A stretch of DNA of 64,000 bases from Centroscyllium fabricii (lineage: Eukaryota). The DNA lies in contig JBNRSN020000017.1 of the NCBI GenBank assembly GCA_051313645.2, forward strand, positions 63,736,001 through 63,800,000, in the 5' to 3' direction. Positions 39,018 through 53,611 of the stretch are shown here, piece by piece; the stretch's first letter is position 1; each line of letters starts with the position of its first letter. Made by a program: the position numbers and the translations under genes. Below the pieces are notes generated by a model. That model saw nothing but the letters and a program-made list of their open reading frames with translations, did not search any database and was not told the origin of the DNA.

Positions 39018-39584
39018 GTTTGTTGTTGGGCCATGTGGGGACAGCTCCAGCTGTAATTATTGGGCCTAAGGGATCAGTATTGCTTTTTCATATAAGTGAC
39101 CAAATGTTTATTATAGAATTAAATTGACTTTTTAAGACCAATTCCAATGCAAGTTCAAATCAAAATGGTCAAAAAAAACTAACATCAGATTAGAATAAGT
39201 CACCATAGAAAAGGCAAGGTTGTTAAAATGGTATTAGCCAACTTTTTCTTGCCTTGTTTAGTGACTATTCTGCACAGTAACAGACTGGTATCCACCACGC
39301 AGATTGTTGGTCTATAAACAAATATATTGAGAGTTTAATTTTGATTCTACCTCTGCATCACTTTAGGAAATTGTACTGGATTCACCAAAAAGTTACAAAA
39401 CGCCATACGTGCATAGTCAAAGAATATACTTCCTGTTGAAATATCTTAATAATTTTATTCTATGTCAAAACTGGGGTATGATTTTGTATTTCATAGATGT
39501 AAAATTATGGCGTAACAAGTATGTGTTTCACTGAGTTCTGAAATGTAAGTTAAGTGCAGTATGTGATCGGATTTGTAATTTTAG

Positions 39585-39833
39585 CTGGTTGATGCAAAGA
39601 AGAAAGTGGATGAGGATGTGGGGACCATCGATGGCCTGGAAGAGGCCAAAAGAAAACTTCACAAGGATGCAGAGGCCCTGAATCAGCGCTTCGAGGAGAA
39701 GGCAGTGGCCTATGATAAAATGGAGAAGACCAAAAACCGTCTCCAACAGGAACTTGATGATCTTTTGGTAGACCTAGACCATCAACGCCAAATTGTTTCC
39801 AACCTCGAGAAAAAGCAGAAGAAATTTGATCAG
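39585..39833 (+). CDS. MYH10: MYH10 exon 20/29 (rod)
   Basis: ttag|CTG...CAG|gtctgt, 249 nt; [25 protein letters not shown]...[10 protein letters not shown]. Confidence 0.95.
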
Positions 39834-40245
39834 GTCTGTTCCTTTGATGACATACCTTACTCAAGTGAAATGGCAACAAATGGGTTTTAAATACTGCAGT
39901 TATTGTCGATGAAGCAACAATTTTATGGTTCTGCATACTGGTTAGCAAGATTTACATTGAAATGTATTTCTATTGGCACTCAAGGGGACTATTGTAGCTT
40001 AACAGCTTCTCTAAACTTTATAAGTGGTTCTTTGTGCATCTGCACTGCCATTTTGTTGAAATTATTAAATTGGCAGAAGCTGGATAGCATTAAAGCAATC
40101 TAATTTGAATTATCACTTTGTGGAATTCTGGATTTTAAACTGACTTTCATATGTTGGTGTAAATGTTACTTATAGATAACTTTCTGCAGTTTGGGGTTGT
40201 TGCAGCAGCTTCTCAACTGCAAATTAACGTTGATCTGTTTGTCAG

Positions 40246-40458
40246 ATGCTGTCTGAGGAAAAGAGCATTTCTGCTCGATATGCTGAGGAAAGGGACAGAG
40301 CAGAGGCTGAAGCGAGAGAAAAGGAGACAAAGACCCTGTCGTTAACCCGAGCCCTGGATGAAGCTCTGGAAGCTAAAGAGGAGCTGGAAAGACACAACAA
40401 GCAACTCCGTGCTGAAATGGAGGACCTGATGAGCTCCAAGGATGATGTGGGCAAGAAT
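40246..40458 (+). CDS. MYH10: MYH10 exon 21/29 (rod)
   Basis: tcag|ATG...AAT|gtaagt, 213 nt; [29 protein letters not shown]...SSKDDVGKN. Confidence 0.96.
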
Positions 40459-40813
40459 GTAAGTTGATTGAATAATGCCTAATGAGAAATATAACCTTCA
40501 TGAGTTTGTACTTTATTTATTTAATCTAGCCTTCATATAATGGCTCAGATGAGCAGTAGTACAGTCACCAGCGGTTGTTTTTATAATGAAGAATTTACAT
40601 AGATTTAAATTTTACTACATAGCAAATGTCTTGTAAATAACAGCATTACTGTTGCAACATACTGTCGTCACTTCCATTAGAATATTTATTAAAAACTTCT
40701 CCAAGTCACCTTGAGGTTTTTTGAAGTTTGAAAGGACTCCACACTAGGCAATCAGTGTGAGGTTATGTGAAATACCTTATTTAAGTTTTGTGTATCAAAC
40801 TAATGTTAAGTAA

Positions 40814-41695
40814 TGCAGATGACACTAAACTGGGAGGGGGGTGGGCTCTGAAGAGGATGTCTGGAAGCTCCAGTGCGATTTGGACAAGTTGGGGGAATGG
40901 GCGGATACATGGCAAATTATTATTTAAATGGCAATAGATGGGGAAGTGCAGAGAGACCTGGGTGTTCTTGTGCACCTGTCACTGAGGGCGAGCATGCAGG
41001 TGCAACAGGCGGTTATGAAGGCAAATGGTATGTTGGCCTTCATATCAAGAGGGTTTGAGTATAGGAATAAGGATACCTTACTACAGCTGTACAAGGCACT
41101 GGTGAGACCACACCTGGAGTATTGTGTACAGTTTTGGTCGCCTCATCTGAGGAAGGATGTTCTTGCCATGGAAGGAGTGAAGCGGCGATTCACCAGGATG
41201 ATACCTGGAATGGCAGGAATGACCTACGAGGAGAGATTGTGTAGTTTGGGCTTGTACTCGCTGGAGTTTAGAAGATTGAGAGGGGATCTCATCGAAACAT
41301 ATAAAATTCTGACAGGCCTGGACAGGTTAGATTCAGAAAGAATGTTTCCAATGGCGGGGGACTCCAGAACCAGGGGCCACAGTCTAAGGATAAGGGGTAA
41401 ACCATTTAGGACAGATATGAGGAAGAATTTCTTCACCAGAGAGTGGTGAGCCTGTGGAATTCCTTGCCACAGAGGGCAGTGGAGGCCAGTTCATTAAATA
41501 TATTTAAGAGGGAATTGGATATATTTCTTCAGGCTAAAGCGATTAAGGGTTACGGAGAGAAGGCGGGGACGGGGTACTGAACTTGAAAGATCAGCCATGA
41601 TCTCAGCCAAAGATCAGCCATGATCTCATTGAATGGCGGAGCAGGCTCGAAGGGCCGAATGGCCTACTCCTGCTCCTATCGTCTCTGTTTCTATG
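40814..41695 (+). mobile_element. CR1 LINE 3' fragment
   Basis: ORF 40928-41449 (QRDLGVLVH...[13 protein letters not shown]...RRLRGDLIE); small tandem duplication in the tail at about 41587-41630. Confidence 0.93.
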
Positions 41696-42506
41696 CAGTT
41701 TTGTCACGAAGTTTAAAATAATAGCTTTAACATGCAATTGTGTGAGCAGCAACAGCCTACATAATAGCACAAATACTGCAGCATAAGTGCATCTATTGGA
41801 AAGCTGACATTCTAAGAATGGACAATAGTGAGAGAGCAAAAGGCAGCCAATGAATGAAGTTACCAGTTTTGTTAGAAACCGTCTGAGTAAATAGAACGAG
41901 AAGTCCTTAATTTAATTATTGCAAGACCGTTTACTATATCTGCTATTATTTTGTATGTGGAATTGTGGAACAACTTCAGTACAAAGATTAATACTAAATG
42001 TTGAATGCTAATAAAATGCTAGTTTGGAACCTATAAGGTGACAATGTAATAGCATAGGTGTGTATACATTCTCCCAGTGGGCACTGGCAATTTCAGGAGC
42101 TGTTCCTTGAATAATCTGAATAATAATATTCAATTTCTGCATGTGTAGATAGGAGTTTTCACTTTACAGCACGAGCCTTGCCTAAAGTCAGAACCCCATT
42201 AAATTCCCATTCAGTGTGGGCATGCTCCCTTGGGAATATGAGCACTCTTTGATTAAGCCATCTATGCATATGTATAGAATAGAAAAAGAAAAACACATTT
42301 TGCATTTTAATGACTTGCGGTGCAGGATTAGTTTAATGTCTGGTACCAATAGATAAGATTATTTTGGTTCTTTCACTGTACATAAATCGGGAAGGGCTTT
42401 TCAGATGCTCTAGTCCTGTTTCAAACAAACTTAGTACTGATGTGATGTTGCTAATTTAAAAACGAGTACAAATCAAATGTTGATGCTGAAGTGGTATAAA
42501 CATACA

Positions 42507-42865
42507 CAGGTCCGACACCGTTAATCTGGCACCGGCGGGACCAGGTCGGCGCTGGATTAGTGAAAAATCCATGATTGAAGCTTTGGCGAGCGCATGTGCA
42601 GACCATTCAAAATGGCCACCGCGAAGGCTAGCGGCTATTTTGAATGGTCTGCGCATGCGCTAGCCAAAGCAACAATCGTTCGGGGAAAGGCCCACGCAAG
42701 CACAGCAGCCATTTTACGCATGCGCAGACCAGTCGGGAAGAGGCCCGGGCATGCGCAGCCAGGCGCGGCGGTCATTTTGCACATGCGCAGACCAGTCGGC
42801 CGGATTCGTTCCGGACGACTGAAGTTTCCTGATTACTGGTGTCCGGGTTAACGGTGCCGGACCTG
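42507..42865. mobile_element. pogo/Tigger-like MITE, core type A
   Basis: CA|CAGGTCCGACACCGTTAA...TTAACGGTGCCGGACCTG|TA; core matches 15756-16080 in reverse orientation. Confidence 0.85.
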
Positions 42866-43152
42866 TACACGCCTGCTGGTTTGAAGATTATTTTACATCA
42901 CACTGGTGACACAAACATGTTGGTGTTTGCATTGATGTACCAAAGAACTGGAATGGGAGATCGATCTTGTAATTGGCAAGAGAAGAGGAGACTTTCCTCA
43001 GTATTGGTGAAAATATTGGGCTTCAGAAATGCCCCTTTATTACAATGGCAACCGAGGGCGCTAGCTCTCAAATCAATATTATGACCGTGGAGTAGATCGG
43101 GAGTTTGTCTATAAATAGCAGTATCTGATTGCTGTTGTCTCCACAATGGTAG

Positions 43153-43374
<222 letters not shown>

Positions 43375-44128
43375 TAGCGCACTCTAACTTCTTCCAGCAA
43401 GACATTCCTTCTAATGCTGTCCTATATATTATCACGAGGTAAATTGGGTAAAGTGTACAGCTTGGAGTAATAGCTGTCATATCCTCTTGTGCCAAAATTC
43501 AAAATAGAGGTGTTGAACATTCCAGTACCCCCCACCCCTCCTGCAACGTCAGCAGGAGTCGACTGGAATGGCTGCAAACTTGACTGTGACTGAGGCCAGG
43601 TTCCAGGCTCACCCTCCCATTTCCTGTATGGCCTTGTGTGGGCGGAACGTCCATCCACCCCAACAAGACCAAGAATGCAAAGGTGAAATTGGAAGTTCCC
43701 ACTTCCCGCTCTCGGTTAAGACCTGCGATAGGGTTAGTACAGACCAATGGTAAATGTAGGGTCCACCTGGCAGTCTGGACCAACATTGGGGCGTGAGAAA
43801 GTGAATTTATTTTACACAAGTGACCACTAGGAACGCGCCTGATTTATTTCCAGGGTGGTGAGGGAGGGAAGAGACAGAACCAGCTACCCTCAGTTCTTCC
43901 TCCCCCCCCCCCCCCCCCCCCCCCCCGGACCCAAGCATGGACTTTCCATCAACTGGGGCACACCCAATGCACCAACAGTCTGCTTCTTGCAGTCTCTCTC
44001 CTTGATCCTGAGAACTTCAGGTCAGCAGCAGAGGCTGCATGAGGACGACAACTGGCTCTAGTGTCAGAATATGCTGCCCCTCCCCCATAGATTTTCTAGT
44101 TATATTTACTGTTTTTATCTTGCCTCTG

Positions 44129-44875
44129 TCTGAGGCTGAACCCCACTGTTTGCAATCTTGGTGTTATATTTGACCCTGAAATGAGATTCTGACCACACAT
44201 CCACAGCATAACAAAGACCGCCTATTTCCACCGCCATAACATCACCTGTCTCTGCTGTTGCCTCACCTCATCCGCTGCTGAAACCCTCATCCAAGCCTTT
44301 GCTACCTCTAGCCTTGACTCTTCCAACACACTCCTGGCTGGCCTCCCACATTCCACCCTACGTAAACTTGGGCAGCCGAGTTTTGGATGACCTCGGTGTC
44401 TTAACTCTTGCCAAATCCCAGTCGCCCATCAGCCCTGTGCTCGCTGACCTTCATTGGCACCTTGCTAAGCAGTGCCGCGATTTCAAAATTCTTGTTTCCC
44501 ATCCTGCTGTGGCCTCTCACCCCCCCCCCCCCCATCTCTGTAACCTCCTCCAGCCCCACAACACCAGCCCCCCCCCCCCCCCCCCCAACCCCCAGGAGAT
44601 ATCTGCGCTCCTCTAATTCTGCCCTCTTGAGCATCCCTGATTAGAATCGCTCAACCATTGATGGCTGTGCCTTCTGTTGCCTAGGCCCTAAGCGCTGGAA
44701 TTCCCTGCCTAAACCTCTCTTTCCTCCGTTTAAGATGCTCCTTAAAACCTACCTCTTTGACCAAGCTTTTTGTCACCTGCCCTAATTTATCTATATGTGG
44801 CTTGGTGTCAAATTTTGTGTCTTAATACTCCTGTAAAGCACTATGCTAAAGGTGCTATATAAATACAAGTTGTTG
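44129..44875 (+). mobile_element. L2-clade LINE 3' fragment
   Basis: NLGVIFDPEM and LADLHW motifs; tail aaggtgctatataaatacaagttgttg. Confidence 0.8.
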
Positions 44876-45823
44876 GCATAATTAAGTCAATTTAGACAAG
44901 CTATATCAATATTCACAAGATTTTAGGATTTGGAATTCCAGCACAATTGCTTCAGTATTAAGTTACAATTTAAATCAATTTAGGTAATATGTTTTCCTAC
45001 TTGGTCGTCATGGGCATTTTGAGGTCCAGGTCATAAGTATTGCATCACTGAGTGCTTGAGTACCCAGAGCAAAGAGCATTTCATTTAGCATTTGATCCAG
45101 TTGCTAACACCCCAGACACCTGAAGCAAGATCCAAACTTATTTCAGTTGTCGAGCAAATGACTAGCTTCAACTTAAATTGTCTTGTAATATCGTTCAGTT
45201 GAATGTAGCTGCACGCCTACACTTTGTGATAACATGCACAACGTATGTGATAACATGCACAATGTATGTGCTTTATGCGAGATTGGCCACACTCGCAGTA
45301 GACCAGCAGGTTTAAGTGAACCTGTTCATTGGCAGTGACACCAAGTATTAGCACCACCTGGAATGACTTCAGATTAGTTTCCTGGTGATAGTTTTATAAA
45401 ATTCCTACTGTCTTCAAAAAATGGTTATTTCTCTTTCCACCCACATAACATTTACCAGCAAGAATTCTACCAAATACTGAAATGATTGTCAAGCATTTAG
45501 TATTGAGAAATTGCATCTTTTGAGCCTAGCTGTTTAACAGTTGTTCATTAAGGCAAGTAACATTAATGCTCCTGTCATTTGAACTAGTCCATGGTTGTAG
45601 TGCTAAATGTAATAGGACTGTAAAATAATGGTGTCCATAAGAACAACAAATGAATCTAAATGTCATTTTTACCTTTTAACATTGGATTAAGTGGCTTTAG
45701 GTCTGAAGTTCACTGATTAGGTGATGTCTCCTTGCTATTGAAGGCTGCATATGGGTTCAGTGACTTCTGGGCAGAAAATCGAGCCGTGAAGAACATGATT
45801 AATTCTGTAAATTCCCCCCATAG

Positions 45824-45985
45824 GTTCGTGAACTTGAGGCAGAACTAGAAGATGAACGGAAGCAGCGAGCACAAGCCATTGCTGCAAGGAAGAAACTGGA
45901 GATGGACCTGAAAGATCTGGAAGCACAGATTGAAGCAGCTAACAAGAGTCGTGATGAGGCGATCAAACAGCTCCGCAGACTTCAG
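45824..45985 (+). CDS. MYH10: MYH10 exon 23/29 (rod)
   Basis: atag|GTT...CAG|gtaaac, 162 nt; [33 protein letters not shown]...LRRLQ. Confidence 0.95.
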
Positions 45986-46281
45986 GTAAACAATCCGTGT
46001 TCAAATGTTTTACTATTGCCTAATTTGCTTTTACGAACAAAGGTATCTTGGTCTCTAACAGTTACAACATTTCATGACTTTTATAAATAAACTGCACACT
46101 ACAGTGGTTTACTTACTTTTGAAGTAGTCACAAGCAGCAGCCAATGAATGGCCAGATAAGTTGTTTTGTTCTGGTGTTTGAGGGAGGAATGTTGTGCCGG
46201 ACACCAGGAAAACTTCCTGCCCCTCCAAATAATGCCATGGGGTTTCGTAACCCCCACTGGAGCAACTCACGTCAGTTTAAT

Positions 46282-46934
46282 GGCCCAGAAATTTGGGGTC
46301 CAACGCGTGAGTATGGACGGTGTACTCGCGTGTGGGCCCATCGGAATTACCGGTTTCCGGCATGCACCGTGCATGCACGTGAAACCGGCAATTCCAATCC
46401 AGGGATGGAAGAGGTCAGATGTCCGAGTGCATTTGTGTACGCACCAGGGGGTGTGCAGTGCACTTTTTTTTCCACCGGTTTGTATCCGGGTAAGTATTTG
46501 AAAAATTTACGGCTGATATTTTCAAGTGGAAAGTAGATTTGATCAGGTAAGTTTTTATTTTATTCAATTTAAACTTTTTTCCACAAGTTTTCATTTTAAA
46601 TAATTTAAAGAAAGGTAAGTTGTTTTTAGACCGTTAAATACTTCAATTATTTTTTTCAAAATTTTTATTTTTTGTTTAAAATAGTTAATTTGTGATAGTA
46701 ATTTAAAAAAATGTGATTTAAAAATTTTTTAAAAACATTATTAAGCTTTAGTGTGGTTTTGGGGCTGTAGTAATTCATAAGTTTGACAAGTCTTCCTGTC
46801 ACGGCGCGCCGGCCTTTCAGCAGGCCCCTGGATCAGAATTTCAAGCGGGTGGAATCGGGAACGACCGGCGCGCTCCGTAAGTGTGGGTTGGAGGCTTTTA
46901 CTCGCGGGAAGCCTCCAACCCGAATTTCTGGGCC
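46282..46934 (-). mobile_element. Non-autonomous DNA transposon with AAT TSD
   Basis: AAT|GGCCCAGAAATTTGGG...CCCGAATTTCTGGGCC|AAT; right end nearly identical (inverted) to the left end of 17550. Confidence 0.85.
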
Positions 46935-47151
46935 AATGTTTCATCTGAAAGGCAGCATCTTCATAATGCAGCAGTCCCTCAGAACTGCACTGAAGTATCG
47001 GCCTAGATTATGTGCCCAAGTCCACAAAAAAAAGGCAGGAAGCGGTCACCTTTAAATAGCACTCTTTTTCCCCCCCCGTCCCTTTCTGACTGCAGAACGC
47101 CCCCCTCAACCGGTCGTTAGCGCCAGGCGGTAAGGCAGGGGGCGCCACTCA

Positions 47152-47544
47152 GGGCAGCACGGTGGCATAGTGGTTAGCACTGTTGCCTTACAGCACTGGA
47201 GACCCGGGTTCAAATCCAGCCTCGGGTACTATCTGTGGGGAGTTTGCACATTCTCCCCGTGTCTGCGTGGGTTTCCTCCGGTTTCCTCCCACAGTCCAAA
47301 GATGTGCGGGTTAGGTTGATTGGCCATGATAAATTGACCCTTAGCGTTAGGGGGATTGAATATGTGGGGTTACGGGGATAGGGTGGGATATGTGTTGGTG
47401 CAGGCTCGATAGGGATCAAGGGATATGGGGACAAGGCAGGGACAGGGTACTGAGTTTGGATGATCAGCCATGATCTCATTGAATGGCGGAGCAGGCTCGA
47501 AGGACCAAATGGCCTACTCCTGCTCCTGTCTTCTATGTTTCTAA
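47152..47544 (+). mobile_element. Full-length HE1-type V-SINE, tail type 2
   Basis: A box TGGCATAGTGG 47163-47173, B box GGTTCAAATCC 47207-47217, V-domain, CR1-derived tail. Confidence 0.92.
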
Positions 47545-47668
47545 TGGGATTTCAACCCACAACATTCTGCGCCGGCACTAACTTGTACCTAAATATAATG
47601 GAACTTGTTCTTGTCATTGTGTATTTTTTATTTTGTGACTCTGGAAGTGCAGATTAATTTGGTCGTAT

Positions 47669-47954
47669 TGTAGCGTAGCCACACAAGAGTCATCCGATCT
47701 CTCTAGGACCTCCGAATCCACCTTACCCGAGCGGGCCCTACCCCGTTTTCCCCTTTCGGTCAGGTTAGGTACGGTTACGGTCCCCCATTGGTCTGTAGGG
47801 CTGTCACTCAAGAGCCCCCACAGTGCTTTGCGTTTTCGCGCAGTTTTCTCTCAGTTCTGCGTTGTTGTGATTGAATAAAGGCTTATTGGATTTTGCTCCG
47901 CTGCTTTCCTCCATTTCTCGATAATTTAAGAGTGGGAAACTTGGGTTCCCCACA
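47669..47954 (+). mobile_element. Solo LTR (286 bp)
   Basis: TGT...ACA termini; 4-bp TSD GTAT at 47665-47668 and 47955-47958; AATAAA at 47874. Confidence 0.75.
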
Positions 47955-48658
47955 GTATCTTCATTTTTCCATGTAATGTCACTGCAAAATTACAAAACGC
48001 GTGACATTTATGGGAAAGATCCAAGGCGCATTGTCAATTATTTGTCACATGTACTAAATACAACAAGTGTAATCTAGACAGTGAAATTATTTTTTATGGC
48101 TCGAACGCACCGTGCAACAAAGAACACTAAGCTGTCCGACACACCCGGAGCCCGTGAGACGGCAGCTACCTCACCAGCGCCATCAATCAAGTCCCGTTTC
48201 CGCACCGCTCCGACCTCTCCTGCACGCAAAGTTCTTGAAGTTCTTTCTGCTGTTTCACTCGCCGACCACCTTCTGTTTCACTCACTCCCCTGCATCCTCT
48301 CGATAGACCTGGGCTCCGGGTGCAACATTCGAAGGCCCTGGGCCTGCCCCTTGGTCCGGCATTCCGGCTCCATCCGCCGAGCTCCGAAGCGCCTGGAGAC
48401 CTGTGACCTGCCTCTCGGGCTCCCCCCGAACCTCTCGGAACCTGGGCTCCAGGGGCGCGTTCGAAGGCCCTGGTCCCTTGCCTCGCGGCTCCAGCAGAGT
48501 CCGCCGAGCTCCGGGAGCATCGCCCCGTTCCCCTGCTCGCTCCCGACTGGGTAGCCCAGAGAAATGTCTACTTCAGTTCATTTAAAATAGCTGTTCAAAA
48601 TTTACACTCTGGAGATTATGCCAAGATTACATATTTGTGTGTTAAAGAATTCAAATAA

Positions 48659-49850
<1,192 letters not shown>

Positions 49851-50439
49851 TACTGGGGTGTTAGCCGAGCTAAAGTTTGTCTGGTGTTTCTAGGAACATT
49901 TATGCAGCTGAAAATCTCTAATATTTAATTGTACAGATCAAATTGTGCATAGAAATTTCTGCAAATTTGAGAGAATCGTACAAATAGATGAACTCTGAGT
50001 CTGATTAATTTAAGTGATGGGTAAGCTTTTAATTCACCTAAATGTGCAGAAATCTTTGGGAATAACTACAAAATTTCTATGGGGCCAGTTGCGGGGCGGG
50101 GGGGGGGGAGAAACAAAACTCTGCTTGTGAAAGGTTTGAGCTTCTGAATATAAAACTCTTATCGAGCTACCTTGACGCTACCTTGACTGCTGAATTAGTG
50201 TATTTATGGAAATTTACTATGTAAATCTTATACATAAGAACATAAATAGGAGCAGGAGTAGGCCAATCGGCCCCTCATACAGTATGTCCTTTGGGAGGAT
50301 TTTTCTAAGTTTTTATTTTGCTCAGTAACTGATGACTGATTATTTCAAGATTTATGAATTGGCCAGTTTAAATATGAATAATTGATTTTTGATAACTCAA
50401 TTGCCTATCGGCACAAAATTCACTATTCTCTTTGACAAC

Positions 50440-52105
50440 AGCAATATATCCAAGTTTTTCAATGCGACCAAGATTGGTGGCATAGTAAGCAGTGTAGATG
50501 GGAACATAAAATTATAAAGCAACATTGATTGGCCCAGGTTTTGCAGTTGGCGCCGCAATTGAGGATTACACCGCGGTTATCTGAACCAAATGCGCACTTA
50601 CCTGTTGCGAGGCCCAAATGAAAAGTTCCCCTCGCACGCTGCAGAATAGAGGGCGGGGCAGCGTAGTGGCCCACAGATCCCAGGGGTGCATCATACGCAG
50701 AAGCGTACCTGGGATCACGTGGGCCGGTGCTCCAATCTGATTGTGACTCAAGTGGAGTGGCTTTGGAGAACGGCCAGGGAGCAAGTCACTTGTCTCCCCT
50801 CTTGGCTGTCGATCGTTCGTGGCCAGCTGGTTCCAGTTTGAAAGTAAGGTTGCTGTGGAGCCCTCACAATAAAACAATTCGTATAATGCAATAATATTCA
50901 TTTCTGAACTGATTTTTTTTCCTCTAACTCCTATTTGTGTCAGTCTGCAGATAAATAACCATTAAAGGAAAGATCTTCACCAAAATGAATTTTTTTTATT
51001 GACTGGTATCCCTCTGCACTGCAGACTGGAACCAGACCGGCTGCTATGCCTGTTTGCACCAGCTGTAAAATTTTCAGGCGTAATTGGTGGGCAGTTAGCT
51101 CAACTCCGCGCCAGCAATTAGGATTTTCATATCGGTGTGGTTGATCGGTCGAGTCGGAGCTTGACAGATCGCATGTTCGGAATGTGAAAATCCCGAACTT
51201 GCTGTCCATTTCAAAGGCCGTATGACGGCGTTCTGAGTACGCCGACATGCTGACTGCAAAATCCTGGCCATTGAGTGGGCAAAACTGTGGCAGATGCAGT
51301 TTAACGCAGGCAAGTGTGAGGTCATCCATTTTGAACCAAAAAGAAATCCAAGTTTTTTGGTTTTTTTAAACGGTGATTAACTAGCAACAGTGGTGGTCCA
51401 AAGAGATTTAGGCATCCATGTACACAGATGTCTAAAATGTAATAGTCGGGTACAAAAAATAATCAAAGGCTAATGGCATGTTAGCCTTTATAACGAGAGG
51501 GCTGGAATATAAAGGGGAGGACGTTTTGCTACAGCTATACAAAGCCTTGGTTAGACCACATCTGGAGTACTGTGTAGTTCTGGGCACCGCAGCTTAGAAA
51601 GGATATATTAGCCTTGGAAAGGAGTGCAGTGCAGTGCAGAGTCACCAGAATGTTACCAGGGCTCCAAGAGTTAGATTGCGAGAGGGGATTGCATAAACTC
51701 GGCTTGTATTCCCTGGAATATAGAAGGTTTAAGGAGTGATTTGTTTGAGATTTTTAGGACTTTGTAAGGAATCATTAGGGTAGATAGAAACTTTTCCTGC
51801 TGGTGAGTGAGTCTACAACAAAGGGACATGTCCTTAAAATCCGTGCCAGCCATTCAGCAGAGAAGTTTGGAAACACTTCTACACACAGACTGGTAGAGGG
51901 GTGCAATCCTCTCCCACAAAGGAATAGATGGTAGCTCAATTAATAATTTTTAATCTGAGCTCGATAGATTTTTACTAGCTAAGGGTAGTAAAGGATATGG
52001 AGCCAAGGTGGGTGGATGGAGTTAGGATACAGTTCAGCCACGATCTCATTGAACAGGACAGGCTCGAGGGGCTGAATGGTCCACTCCTATTCCTGTGTTG
52101 CTATG
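50440..52105 (+). mobile_element. CR1 LINE 3' fragment, interrupted by a MITE
   Basis: WAKLWQMQFNAGKCEVIHF and RPHLEYCV motifs; CR1 tail at about 52030-52105. Confidence 0.85.
50531..51269. mobile_element. Non-autonomous DNA transposon with ATT TSD, nested in CR1
   Basis: ATT|GGCCCAGGTTTTGCAGT...ACTGCAAAATCCTGGCC|ATT; shares the atcccagggg...cctgggatca hairpin with 17110-17165. Confidence 0.8.
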
Positions 52106-52356
52106 AAAAGCCTAATGTTGATGAAACTTGGAGCACTACTTTTCATACGTAGTGCAAAATTTCCCTGTGGATTTACCACCGCATTGAATTGCTCAGTAAG
52201 AAGAGTTGTTAGCCATATTTTTAATTGGGTTGCAATATGATCATGTGACTAATGCACTTGGAGCTAAAGAAACAGCTGCTATATTATTTTAATTCAATAT
52301 AATTACGGATTTGCACGGTGAGCTTTGCATGGCATTGAACTTGTGTAATTTTGCAG

Positions 52357-52445
52357 GAACTGGCTGCCTCAGAGCGAGCACGTCGCCATGCAGAGCAGGA
52401 ACGTGATGAACTGGCCGATGAAATCGCAAACAGCGCATCTGGAAA
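52357..52445 (+). CDS. MYH10: MYH10 exon 25/29 (rod)
   Basis: gcag|GAA...AA|gtaagg, 89 nt; [30 protein letters not shown]. Confidence 0.95.
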
Positions 52446-53289
52446 GTAAGGAAGCGTGGCACAGGTCCATTGCGCCGTTACTTAATACAGTGAGATGTTT
52501 ATTTAAAGCACTTAGCAAATTAAATCCTGAATTTAAATCTAAATTAAATTCATGTGCCAACAGCAATACAGACTGTGTCTGATAATATCTCCAGAGTTCT
52601 CGATTGAACTTAATACCCAGCTGTAAGATGTTTCTAAAGAAACTAAACCGTTCTAAGTTGTATAGTTTTCTTAAGGACATGTGTGTTTCTGTATGACTGG
52701 CAAAATATATCGTCTGGTTTGTCTTTAATTGTAAAAGTCACATGTTGATTCGGTTTTTATTTTTTTTACTTGGCTTATCTAGCTGTGCCTACAGATTTAT
52801 CTAATGTACTGGTGTTCTTCCTATTTAGATTTAGATATAAATGCACAAACTTGGCCTGTTGCCTTGTTCAGGTAGCTTTCAGTTGCCACCTGAAATTTAA
52901 TCGTGGTTGTGTTTCAGTCCCAAGACCAGAATCTTTCCTCCCCAGATGTTTTCCCCTTCCTTTCCTCTGGTGCTGTCCCAACAGGTACTGGTACTGCTCC
53001 TTGCCCAAGTGGTCATGTGTAGGCTTAGACAAAGTTCCAGCAGGCTATTTAACTCGGCATTGCAACAGAGCCTGACCTGGTCCCTGGCCAATGTTTATAT
53101 GCATGCACCTTCCAGCAGAGGTCATGAAACAGTAATCAGCAGCAGAAATCCTGGACACTGAAGTCTATATTCTCTAAATCACGTGCAAATACAACTGTTT
53201 CTTTCCCCCCCCCCCCCCCCCCCCACCCCTCATTCTCCACAAAACATTGGCATATGCCCTAGCTGAATAGATTCTGGCAAAACCATGTA

Positions 53290-53611
53290 CAGGTTGCACA
53301 CCATTAATCCGGCACCTGATGGTCCGGCAACTTCAGTAGTTCAGCACGAATCGGAACCGGCGGCCTTCAGTTTGTGAGGCAGCCGCTCAGCAGTGTTGCT
53401 GGTTCCCGCGAAGGGTGGGCGAGCGTCGGGCATTTGGGTTGGGTTGCTGCTGGACAGTGTTCTATTCCTGGACTCCCTCCCGGGGAGTGTTCTACCGCAC
53501 GCTCCGGGACCCGGGGAGTGTTCTACCGCGCACTCCCCCCGAACCTTCAGTGGTCCGGAATTTTCAAGAATCCGGCACTGGCCTGGTGCTGGATCAACGG
53601 TGCTCAACCTG
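53290..53611 (+). mobile_element. pogo/Tigger-like MITE, core type B
   Basis: TA|CAGGTTGCACACC...GGTGCTCAACCTG|TA. Confidence 0.88.

Larger units (their letters stand above)
46095..47570 (-). mobile_element. Deu-domain SINE split by a MITE and by a V-SINE insertion
   Basis: Reverse complement contains gctgcctttcagatgaaacattaaac...ccccatggcattatt...ggtgtccggc (Deu-domain-like, from recall); boundaries approximate. Confidence 0.6.

Noticed and set aside
40780-40815. Third snap-back at a CR1 5' junction (agttttg...caaact)
   Set aside because: Only a 6-8-bp imperfect match in AT-rich DNA; compatible with chance.
47152-47225. tRNA gene
   Set aside because: A and B boxes are present, but it is the tRNA-derived head of a SINE continuing into a V-domain and CR1 tail; the same applies at about 29860-29933.
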